Origin: an uncultured virus (IMG/VR IMGVR_UViG_3300033153_007854)
Taxonomy: Duplodnaviria > Heunggongvirae > Uroviricota > Caudoviricetes
DNA: 20,000 bases
Direction: 5' to 3' (one strand)
IMG/VR virus record: IMGVR_UViG_3300033153_007854
Positions 1 through 7,314 of this stretch are shown here, one piece after another. Both the position numbers and the translations under genes were made by a program. Positions within the stretch are counted from its first letter, which is position 1, and each line of letters begins with the position of its first letter. A model generated the notes under the pieces. It was given only the letters and a program-made list of their open reading frames with translations. It searched no databases and was not told the origin of the DNA.

Positions 1-8
1 TATTTCTA

Positions 9-620
9 TTACTCTTTTGGCGTTCCTTCCCTCGGAAGCCCACAGCAAGTGCAGTAGAGGCCGTTCTCGGAGGTCAGTAGGGTGGACCCGCACTCTTCGC
101 AGTTCTTGGATTTGGGGCAGGCTCCGTGGTCGATGTTGCATCGGCAATGGTTTAACTCCTGCTCCTTGCACATTCCGGTTTCCGTATAGCACTCCGGGTA
201 TTGGATGTCATCGAAATGGCTCTGCATGAACTCCTTGATGTCGCCCTCGTGACCGCAGGAGCATTTGAATTGGTCTGGTTCTGTCTCCTCGATGTCGTCG
301 ATTCTATCGCACTCTGGGCACTTTAATCCTTTGTTGGTCATCTTCTTTCCTCCGTTATCCTGTATGTCTTCTGAGTTCTCCCAGTCGCCCCAAATCATGA
401 TGAAACCGCAATCGTCGATGATGTGCTGGATGGCGGAACGGCACTCCTCTGCATCCCACTCACCGTTCTTGAACTTCTTCAGGACGAATTCGAGATAATG
501 CGTATCCTTCCGATGAGGATGTCCCATGAGGGTATCCGTGGCATCCAGTTCCTCATGTACTTTATCGAATGATTTGCCGAATAGAATCATATCCTGAGCG
601 ATGTGGTCTTCGATTTTCAT
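9..620 (-). CDS. Hypothetical protein: His-rich DUF6915-like N-terminal domain plus C-terminal zinc ribbons
   Basis: 203-aa ORF. The pattern VHEELD...HPHRKDTH...AIQHIIDDCGFI..W resembles DUF6915-type viral proteins (recollection). CPEC..CSCG and CEEC..CTCCG ribbons follow. Internal GGAGG + ATG at 341 may be a second start. Confidence 0.7.
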   Translation of the reverse strand: MKIEDHIAQDMILFGKSFDKVHEELDATDTLMGHPHRKDTHYLEFVLKKFKNGEWDAEECRSAIQHIIDDCGFIMIWGDWENSEDIQDNGGKKMTNKGLKCPECDRIDDIEETEPDQFKCSCGHEGDIKEFMQSHFDDIQYPECYTETGMCKEQELNHCRCNIDHGACPKSKNCEECGSTLLTSENGLYCTCCGLPREGTPKE

Positions 621-629
621 GTTCTTCCC

Positions 630-875
630 CTACGATTTCGATGATGCCCAGTATATCATCACTCCCACGAACACGCCCATGAACAGAAAGACCGCCCATA
701 GCCAGTCTGGGAGGGATAATGCGTCAGAAACTCTCTGATAAAAGCCTGTAATGTAGGGTAGAAGTAGAACTATGGATGTCCAGGTTATTATCATCCCGAT
801 TGCCATCCCTAGAGAGTTCTTCGAGGTCTGCTTGATTTCCTCGAACTGCTTGTTCTTCTTCTTCCTCTTTGCCAT
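630..875 (-). CDS. Small two-TM membrane protein with basic N-terminus
   Basis: 81 aa. MAKRKKKNK is followed by two hydrophobic helices, and the gene is packed within the minus-strand operon. Confidence 0.75.
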   Translation of the reverse strand: MAKRKKKNKQFEEIKQTSKNSLGMAIGMIITWTSIVLLLPYITGFYQRVSDALSLPDWLWAVFLFMGVFVGVMIYWASSKS

Positions 876-915
876 CTTCTATACCCCACAGCTCGGGCAG
901 TTGAGTGTCTCCTTT

Positions 916-1116
916 TCACCCATATGATGCCTCCGGTGTCTTATGACGTATAGCGAATCTCAGGAGGGCTACTATGAGGCAGTGGAAGCCACCTATATAG
1001 AGGAAGAGGGCCATCCGCTGGTCCCCGTGCCCAATAAGCATACCAATGACTCCAACGACGATGATGAGGCATCCCAATATCATAGGGTCGGTGAAGTTGG
1101 TGTCGTCATTCTTCAT
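916..1116 (-). CDS. Small two-TM membrane protein
   Basis: 66 aa with two hydrophobic segments. GGAGG lies upstream and the start overlaps the upstream gene end. Confidence 0.7.
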   Translation of the reverse strand: MKNDDTNFTDPMILGCLIIVVGVIGMLIGHGDQRMALFLYIGGFHCLIVALLRFAIRHKTPEASYG

Positions 1117-2032
1117 TCGTTTCTTCCTCCGGCTTCTTAGGTATCTCAGGCTCCCACGGTTCCGGCTCCTCGCCCTTGAGTATCTTCTCGGTCCCCTCGA
1201 CCATGGCTTCTATGGCCTGTTCTACGAGGGGCTTCGGGGGGGGCATCAGTGAGGGTGTCGGAACACCATCCGGCCATGGGTCGCAGGTCCGACAATTCCC
1301 GCCGCCCGCCTCCGCACAGTCCGGGCATATGAGCTGTTCTTCTTTGGGGTTTGGATGCTTGTATATCAACTTGATTGGTGTCCCATTTGTCGCTCTGGTA
1401 TTAACGCTCCCGGTTTCTGTCAGGACTTGAATCTTGATGGCATCGACCTCAGCCTCGCAATAGTTCGCTGGGAGATTGAAATGGGTTTGGCAATTGGGAC
1501 ATTCCTCCACTTCCTCCGTGAGCAGTGTCTCGCAGATAGGGCAGTGGCATGGGAAGCCCTCCTGCATCTTACGAGGCAGCTCCACGGCTCTTTTTCCCTT
1601 CCGCACTTGTTCGGCCTCCCTCTGTCGCTCCGCCACCAGCTCGGGTTGCATATTGGGGTCTGCCGGGTCGCATCCCTCCGGCGGTTGGCTTTGTTTTTCC
1701 GCCAGTACGTCCCCATAACGGGGGTCTGCACTGGTGCAGTTCCCCATCGAGTCGAACGGGCAGGGCTTACCATCGTGCTTGCATACGGACTCCTTCGTGT
1801 TGTAGTATTGGCAATCGTCCTGGGGAACGTCATGCTTGGGCTTTTCCCGGCAGTAACAGCACTTTCCCGCTTCGATGCTCTCCGGCCCTATCAGCGTCCG
1901 ACCGCAATCCGAACAGTTCTCGGGTTCGGTAGGAGTGGGTTTGTAGATAATTGTTTTCTCGTCCGCCGCTCCGTGCGTGATTATGAACCTGTTTTCCTTG
2001 TCCTCTATCTTGCTCGCTATTATCTCATTCAT
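1106..2032 (-). CDS. Cys-rich multi-zinc-ribbon protein with Pro/Glu-rich linkers
   Basis: 308 aa. Contains CSDC..CCYC, CPIC..CPNC and CPDC..CRTC pairs and an acidic tail. GGTGG lies upstream. Confidence 0.75.
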   Translation of the reverse strand: MNEIIASKIEDKENRFIITHGAADEKTIIYKPTPTEPENCSDCGRTLIGPESIEAGKCCYCREKPKHDVPQDDCQYYNTKESVCKHDGKPCPFDSMGNCTSADPRYGDVLAEKQSQPPEGCDPADPNMQPELVAERQREAEQVRKGKRAVELPRKMQEGFPCHCPICETLLTEEVEECPNCQTHFNLPANYCEAEVDAIKIQVLTETGSVNTRATNGTPIKLIYKHPNPKEEQLICPDCAEAGGGNCRTCDPWPDGVPTPSLMPPPKPLVEQAIEAMVEGTEKILKGEEPEPWEPEIPKKPEEETNEE

Positions 2033-2077
2033 CGGGCTTGTCCACCTTCTTGTAACTTCTTGCCATTGTGCTTCATC

Positions 2078-2617
2078 TCAGATTATCCGTTGAGCTATCC
2101 AGACATCGCCTTCCTTGAACTTCATCTTTCGTATGAGGGGCATGATGTCCTCTTCGAAGTCCTTGGGGTATATGATGCTATAACAGCTCTTTTCCCAGCC
2201 CTCTCGATTTGAACATTCGCATTGGATTTGACCGCATCCCTTGTGGATGGCTTTGATGAGGGCTATGTATCCCTTCATAGCCCTCTTCTTATCGAGCCCC
2301 CAGGATATTAGGAGGATGTACTCGCCGCCCCTATATTTTCCCCGTGGGGTGCTTATCTCAGGGAGGTAGTAGAACCCGTCTGTATCCGTTCGGTAGAAGT
2401 TGCGCTTCCGTGGGATGGTTGTATCGGTGAAGAATTCATAAATTCTCTTTCCGTCAGTCACTATGATTGTCTGTTGGTATTTACCATGGCCACAGCAACA
2501 AGCCAGGGTCTTGATTTCATGCTCATTGAGGTCCAATATGAGGTCTTTCATGCATCCGTCAACACGGATATTGCGCCCCTGGATGGATATTCGGCGGGAA
2601 TTTCTTGAGGAACACAT
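2078..2617 (-). CDS. Hypothetical protein with TYW3-like D...LN...T..CCGH motif
   Basis: Start re-called at ATG 2617, which forms a TGATG overlap with the upstream stop (179 aa). VDGCMKDLILDLNEHEIKTLACCCGH resembles the TYW3-like motif of viral proteins. Confidence 0.65.
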   Translation of the reverse strand: MCSSRNSRRISIQGRNIRVDGCMKDLILDLNEHEIKTLACCCGHGKYQQTIIVTDGKRIYEFFTDTTIPRKRNFYRTDTDGFYYLPEISTPRGKYRGGEYILLISWGLDKKRAMKGYIALIKAIHKGCGQIQCECSNREGWEKSCYSIIYPKDFEEDIMPLIRKMKFKEGDVWIAQRII

Positions 2618-2982
2618 CAGGCAACACTCCGCTTTCCAAAATTGGGGAACATCCCTGGTATCTGGTCCGGTGTGACCCATTCCATATGCTCCCGAATACC
2701 TTTGTTCAGGGTCTTCATTATCTTCTCCGCCTCGTAAGCGCACCCGAGAGCGGTGGCGAAGTACCTTTCATTGTGATGGCGCACTGTTCTCAGCTTGTTT
2801 TCAAGGTCTTTGAACGCCTTGGCCTTCTCGCTTCTGGATATTTGCCTTCTGTCGAAGACACGCTTGAAGCCACGGCCCCTCATCGTGTTGAAGATAGCCC
2901 GCTGAAGCCATGGGTTGTCGTCCTCCGGCGGGACCATGATGAGAAGGAATGCTGGTAATTCCGGCTTGGTAGACTCTTTCAT
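2617..2982 (-). CDS. Hypothetical protein
   Basis: 121 aa. ATGA overlap with the upstream gene and TGATG overlap with the downstream gene. Confidence 0.7.
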   Translation of the reverse strand: MKESTKPELPAFLLIMVPPEDDNPWLQRAIFNTMRGRGFKRVFDRRQISRSEKAKAFKDLENKLRTVRHHNERYFATALGCAYEAEKIMKTLNKGIREHMEWVTPDQIPGMFPNFGKRSVA

Positions 2983-3461
2983 GGTTCCACCATGCCCGTA
3001 TCCCTCATATCTTTTTCCACCATCTTATTGATTCTTTCCTGTGCCTCTTGCCAGTCCTCATAGGTCGTATAAACTGGAACGTCGTGAATGATGTGGGTGG
3101 CGTCGGGGTATTCTTCCTTGTTTATAGGGTCTTCCGCTTCGGCGAACCTGAGAGCTTCCTCCCTGGATGAGAACGTGACACCTGAGCTTTGATGAACTTT
3201 CATCCTGGGCTCTCCACGGGTCTTCAGAAGCCATAGGTCGTGTGCGGCGAGGGCGATGAATGTGATTCCCATCATGACCATCGTAAGAGCTAATACGAGT
3301 GGCACGTTCGTCACATTGTATCCAAGTAGGGCTGGGAATATGAATATCCCGAAGAATAGCAGAAATATTCCTTCGGCTAAAACGTTTGTTATCGCCTGCT
3401 TTTTCCCGCCCAGTAATGCTTCTTTACCATCAGGCCAAACATATCGGTTTTTTTCTACCAT
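2979..3461 (-). CDS. Two-TM membrane protein with acidic soluble C-terminal domain
   Basis: 160 aa with two hydrophobic helices. Has its own TATA promoter and a GGTGG RBS. Confidence 0.75.
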   Translation of the reverse strand: MVEKNRYVWPDGKEALLGGKKQAITNVLAEGIFLLFFGIFIFPALLGYNVTNVPLVLALTMVMMGITFIALAAHDLWLLKTRGEPRMKVHQSSGVTFSSREEALRFAEAEDPINKEEYPDATHIIHDVPVYTTYEDWQEAQERINKMVEKDMRDTGMVEP

Positions 3462-3487
3462 CGTGCCACCGATAGTATGATAGTAAC

Positions 3488-3506
3488 TGGGACTTTATAT
3501 GCTTTT
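3488..3506 (-). promoter_or_regulatory. Class A archaeal promoter (AAAAGCATATAAAGTCCCA)
   Basis: TATA box with upstream A-run. The motif recurs at 4730-4748, 7856-7874, 8174-8194 and 10496-10514. Confidence 0.75.
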
Positions 3507-3514
3507 AGGCGAGA

Positions 3515-3820
3515 TTATGCAAAAGTTATTTCGTGGATTTGCCCACAGCTCGTACAGAGGATTGTATGTCCTCCTTTGACATTCTCATAACACATCATTG
3601 TGATTTTGCAGGTCGAACAGGTCGGCAATTCCATCTGGGGCTCCATTTCCATCTTGAGGTAAGGATATATAACCGCCCCATCCTTCATCCTATCCCGCAA
3701 TATTCTTGCTAGGAAATTCGAGGGGGCTTCGCCTTCCTCGCTGACGTATTTCTTATCGACATACCCAGGCGGTGACTTGAACTCGAAGACAATGCTTCCT
3801 GCTAGCCATGGCTGTCCCAC
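3515..3820 (-). CDS. Hypothetical protein with C-terminal zinc ribbon
   Basis: 101 aa. GTG start after a GGGGTGA RBS, with CSTC...CTSCG near the C-terminus. Confidence 0.7.
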   Translation of the reverse strand: MGQPWLAGSIVFEFKSPPGYVDKKYVSEEGEAPSNFLARILRDRMKDGAVIYPYLKMEMEPQMELPTCSTCKITMMCYENVKGGHTILCTSCGQIHEITFA

Positions 3821-3832
3821 TTAAATCACCCC

Positions 3833-4705
3833 TTATTTGCTCTCAATGCGAGGGGCGAGCAGATACGTCCCCGTCACTCCTTCTGGTGTCTTCCATGTCA
3901 GTTTCACGGGATAATCCTTCCCGATGTGGAGATTACCCTCATCTGTTTGGTATTGGAGGACTTTGAAGAAGCTATGTAGGTAATCTGCGGGGAATAGAGA
4001 GTATATCTCCTGGTCGTCCTTGAACGGGTCGCCTGTGGGGACGAAATCTGTCTCCAGCTCTGCCACCGTAGGACGCCGCTTCTCTGCCATATCGGTCAGG
4101 AGAGCTGTTGCTACCCTTGCATTTCTTGGTTTCGCAATGATGTAGGTGTGGTCCTGACAGGAATATCCCCTCTTGGTGGCTGTGTGGAAGTTGACCGCCA
4201 ATATCTTGAGCGTGTCCCTGATTGGAAGTCCCTTGATTACCGCTGGTAAGTTCAGAGTGGGTATCTTCGGGTCGTGTAACCCGGCGTCGTCTGGAAGGTT
4301 GAACCTGCGTATGATTGTGGACTGGTCGAGCTTATATCTAACTATGAGTTCGTTGTCAGTGAAAGCGAATTCGATGGCCTTTCCGTTGGGGAATACCTTC
4401 TTCATAGCAAAATATTTCAGCAAGCTCTTTATGTCGAGAGCGAAGCTATCCCCGAGCTTTGCCTTGAACGTACCGCCGAAAATGGATGCTGGAATCTCCA
4501 ATTGGACCATGCAAACGTGCGACGGGTCCACGGTCTTGATTATGATATGTTTCTTCCTCTTTGTGCCTTTTATCCTGAGCATCACTTCTTCTTGGAGGGC
4601 CCGTACAGGTCCAAAAATTGTCCTGAGCTGGCCCGCCGTCAATGTGAAGGTCATATTCGGGTTCTTTGGCATCTTCATCAGCATTTCCGTCTTGGTAAGG
4701 TCCAT
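3833..4705 (-). CDS. pcn: DNA polymerase sliding clamp (PCNA), divergent
   Basis: 290 aa. Archaeal PCNA motifs VDPSHVCMVQLEI, ALDIKSL, SLFPADYL, IGKDYPVKL and C-terminal YLLAPRIE. Confidence 0.92.
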   Translation of the reverse strand: MDLTKTEMLMKMPKNPNMTFTLTAGQLRTIFGPVRALQEEVMLRIKGTKRKKHIIIKTVDPSHVCMVQLEIPASIFGGTFKAKLGDSFALDIKSLLKYFAMKKVFPNGKAIEFAFTDNELIVRYKLDQSTIIRRFNLPDDAGLHDPKIPTLNLPAVIKGLPIRDTLKILAVNFHTATKRGYSCQDHTYIIAKPRNARVATALLTDMAEKRRPTVAELETDFVPTGDPFKDDQEIYSLFPADYLHSFFKVLQYQTDEGNLHIGKDYPVKLTWKTPEGVTGTYLLAPRIESK

Positions 4706-4729
4706 CGTATCACCATAGAACAGTAGCTA

Positions 4730-4748
4730 TTGGGACTTTATATCCTTT
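4730..4748 (-). promoter_or_regulatory. Class A promoter of pcn (AAAGGATATAAAGTCCCAA)
   Basis: Near-identical to the 3488-3506 motif. Followed by GGTGA-N4-ATG. Confidence 0.75.
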
Positions 4749-4749
4749 G

Positions 4750-5530
4750 CTGTAGACCTATAGCCTGCGACCCCCCGGAACATCTCTGCATATTTATGCG
4801 GTTATGTCTCATGAGGGCTGCCTCGTCCTTATGATATGTTTCAATAGCTCCGAATAGGTGCTATGAATATTATATGGAATGAATCCCCCCCTCCCCCCAG
4901 TCAGAATATCCAGAGGGCAAGTTATTTTCTACGAGTGCGGGGGGTGATGAGTGCGGGCATGAGGCTGCGGGGACAAGGAGGGGAGAAGGGGGGGATTCAT
5001 TCCGTTTGAATAATTCTAAAGCGGATGTCTCTTAGCAGGCGTACCCGTATGCGTAAGCGTATGGGACACGATGTTAGCGGTACGTTGATTCGTCCTATCC
5101 TGTTTTCCGAGGAGCTATCGTAGACTCCCCCTTTCCACCCGGTATAATCAACGGCCTATAGTTTCGTTGCAGGTTGCCGTTTTATAATCGGGGGTATTGT
5201 AGGTCGTAGATAGATGGTTCGGTGTCGGGGGGTTTGAGTAGGGGTTGATGCATCTATGATTCAAAGGAATAATGCATATTCCATATTCCATCAGAATATT
5301 TTAGAGGGCCTAATAATAGTAGTATCTGTATAGTGTATAGGGAGGGAGAGGTCGGTATTCTCGAATATTCCATTTTATTCCGTCGTCACTTTTTTGAATC
5401 GCTGGTTTATCGCCTATTCATGCGGTCTAAGTGCTGTATTTAACCAGTATAGGTCGTCTATAGCTTCTATACTCATATAAAAGCTATCCCCCTTTGGTAG
5501 TGCCACTCAAATCGGTTAAGTTGTCGTTAA
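4750..5530. other. Long intergenic region between divergent genes; candidate replication origin or control region
   Basis: No convincing ORF. Contains a 17-bp inverted repeat, G-runs, repeated GAATAT/ATATTCCA words and several hairpins, and is adjacent to PCNA. Confidence 0.45.
4876..5003. repeat. Perfect 17-bp inverted repeat with G7 string
   Basis: GGAATGAATCCCCCCCT (4876-4892) and AGGGGGGGATTCATTCC (4987-5003), with a 94-bp G-rich spacer. Confidence 0.9.
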
Positions 5531-5562
5531 GTTCTTATATTGAAATGACGTTACGGGTATCT

Positions 5563-5712
5563 ATGACGGTGAATATCAAGGATGGAGACATTCCATGCTC
5601 GTTAAAGAGCAAGCTTACCAAGCAGACAGTGAAGGGTCATTTACGGTTGACTCGACGAGGAGCTATTTTCCTACCGACGAACCCCCTCGAACTCCTTAGC
5701 CCATCGGAGTGA
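5563..5712 (+). CDS. Small hypothetical protein (49 aa), probably leaderless
   Basis: ATG lies about 25 nt after TTATAT (5535-5540). The stop overlaps the HNH start (GTGA). The start could alternatively be 5545. Confidence 0.5.
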   Translation: MTVNIKDGDIPCSLKSKLTKQTVKGHLRLTRRGAIFLPTNPLELLSPSE

Positions 5713-6065
5713 GTGTAGAGCCTCGACGCTACTACACCTATCAACGGCTCCGAGCGAGCTATCGTGAGTCAATAGGTCATTGTGAGTCATGTGGTGTTAC
5801 GGAGAACCTCACGATTCATCATATTCATCCACGTTCCAAAGGGGGAATGGACGTAATAGAGAACTATCGTGTACTATGCAGGCGTTGTCACACTGATGTT
5901 CACAGGGTTATTCGACCTGTGGACGTAGAAACCTTGGATTTGAGGGTTGTTTTCCCGGCAGACCCCTCTACCTGGAAGTATCGAGAGAAAAAGAAGCATC
6001 TGAAGTATAGTAGAAAAGGGAAAAATAAGAGAAAAATGGCAGTAGAGCGTGGTTATTTCTTCTGA
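5709..6065 (+). CDS. HNH endonuclease (zinc-binding, McrA-like) with basic tail
   Basis: CESCG...LTIHHIHPRSKGG...NYRVLCRRCH. Confidence 0.9.
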   Translation: MSVEPRRYYTYQRLRASYRESIGHCESCGVTENLTIHHIHPRSKGGMDVIENYRVLCRRCHTDVHRVIRPVDVETLDLRVVFPADPSTWKYREKKKHLKYSRKGKNKRKMAVERGYFF

Positions 6066-6322
6066 CAGGTGTTGTCTTCCCACTTGCCACCGTCGTTTTC
6101 ACACTTCTGGCGTTCCTTCTTGAACATCCAGCCGATGATGAAGATGACCAGGATTGCTATGATGGTCACGATGGCAGCCACGATGGTCAGTCCAATCCAA
6201 CCCTCACCCCATTCGAGAACGGGGGCGAGCATCGCCATCACAGCGTCCTTCCAGACGAGTGCGGCTATGAAGCCAAAGGCGGCGACAATGAGGGTGGCGA
6301 ACTGCTTCTTGACTTCTCCGAT
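6053..6322 (-). CDS. DUF5654-like two-TM membrane protein, probable ATC start
   Basis: EVKKQFATLIVAAFGFIAALVWKDAV matches the recalled DUF5654 pattern. AGGTGA-N4-ATC at 6322 is the proposed start. The ORF-track start is 6421. Confidence 0.75.
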   Translation of the reverse strand: MGEVKKQFATLIVAAFGFIAALVWKDAVMAMLAPVLEWGEGWIGLTIVAAIVTIIAILVIFIIGWMFKKERQKCENDGGKWEDNTCQKK

Positions 6323-6326
6323 GCTC

Positions 6327-6470
6327 TCACCTTCGGCGGGACTTCGCCCTGGCTCTACGCCCCCTAACGGGCCTTCGCTTCTTCCTTCGGTCATTCCGGC
6401 ATCTTCCGGTTCCCCGGTCACGCACCTTTCCTCTAGGGCACTTTGGCTTTCCTGGTCTTGTTACTGGCAT
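6327..6470 (-). CDS. 47-aa protamine-like basic protein (not in ORF track)
   Basis: Hand translation: MPVTRPGKPKCPRGKVRDRGTGRCRNDRRKKRRPVRGRRARAKSRRR, with 23 of 47 residues K or R. TAATG coupling to the upstream gene. Its stop lies within the next gene's RBS. Confidence 0.75.
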   Translation of the reverse strand: MPVTRPGKPKCPRGKVRDRGTGRCRNDRRKKRRPVRGRRARAKSRRR

Positions 6471-6889
6471 TATGCTGTCTCCCAATCTTTTATTGTCCAA
6501 ATCCCCGTTGTGTATCCATCTTCATCTGTGGGGATGTAAACGTGAAGTATGACCTTATCGCCATCTTGGGCATCTACGAGTGTCGGAATGGGCTGTACCC
6601 ATGGGGTTTCCTCGTATTCTGGAATTGTGTCGGTGTAATAGATGAAAGGTAGGATGTTGTCGAGCTGGATAATGTTGCTGTGGTCGTCTTCGTTCTCCAG
6701 CCGATTGACTGTGACGATACCCTTGACCTTATAGACAGTTTCATCTGAGCTGAGGTACAGGTTCTCCGACTCGTTCTTGTCGAGGAACTCCTGAGCTGTC
6801 ATTGTGTCATTGGTCACGGAGGTACAGCCTGCGGCGAATACGACTATGGAGAGCGTTAAGGCCATCAGAGCCAATATTCTGGTTCTCAT
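6470..6889 (-). CDS. Putative lipoprotein
   Basis: Basic N-terminus, hydrophobic helix, lipobox FAAG-C, then an acidic beta-rich domain. Confidence 0.8.
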   Translation of the reverse strand: MRTRILALMALTLSIVVFAAGCTSVTNDTMTAQEFLDKNESENLYLSSDETVYKVKGIVTVNRLENEDDHSNIIQLDNILPFIYYTDTIPEYEETPWVQPIPTLVDAQDGDKVILHVYIPTDEDGYTTGIWTIKDWETA

Positions 6890-6909
6890 CGGCAGTTACA
6901 ATCTTCGAG

Positions 6910-6933
6910 TTTATATATATACGTTTGTAATCA
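6910..6933 (-). promoter_or_regulatory. Class B promoter (TGATTACAAACGTATATATATAAA)
   Basis: TATA begins 32 nt before the ATG, consistent with a leaderless transcript. The motif recurs at 9429-9450 and 16088-16107. Confidence 0.7.
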
Positions 6934-7314
6934 ATCAGGCATCCTTCTCATTACCGGGAGCCATACCTCGTCTACGTCCTGTCTTCCGACTTCCAGTTCC
7001 CACTCCTCTGTCTTGAAGCCATGGCGTTCGTAGAATGCGGTGAGCCTATCGAGATGTTCTAGCTTGTTGGGATGAGCGGTCAGAACGATTGGCTTGGCCT
7101 CTTTTCCGGTGAAATCAATGATACACTCCAGAATCTTTGTTCCCCTTCCTGTTCCCTGGTCCTTAACGTTGAATGTTTTTATCAGGAACTCCTCAGAGAA
7201 TCGTTGAACGAGTGCGCCGTCTATGCCATAATTGCCCCCGAACTCGACGAACTGGCCTTTATCCCTGACCTGGACGCCGTTTCTGATGCATACATCCGTG
7301 GTCATATCAATCAT
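6931..7314 (-). CDS. GNAT-family N-acetyltransferase
   Basis: Acetyl-CoA motif QGTGRGTKIL and C-terminal RLTAFYERHGF. Confidence 0.85.
   Translation of the reverse strand: MIDMTTDVCIRNGVQVRDKGQFVEFGGNYGIDGALVQRFSEEFLIKTFNVKDQGTGRGTKILECIIDFTGKEAKPIVLTAHPNKLEHLDRLTAFYERHGFKTEEWELEVGRQDVDEVWLPVMRRMPD

Noticed and set aside
1355..2212. 285-aa plus-strand ORF and the other long plus-strand ORFs (e.g. 4173-4718, 7072-7617, 10007-10615, 13769-14464)
   Set aside because: They are antisense shadows of well-supported minus-strand genes with no recognisable motifs.
4750..5530. CRISPR array or transposon ends
   Set aside because: No regularly spaced direct repeats, no transposase and no evident target-site duplication around the inverted repeat.
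5494..6065. IscB/HEARO-type RNA-guided HNH system
   Set aside because: The protein is only 118 aa with no RuvC or PLMP motifs, and the immediate upstream sequence is better explained as a coupled small ORF.
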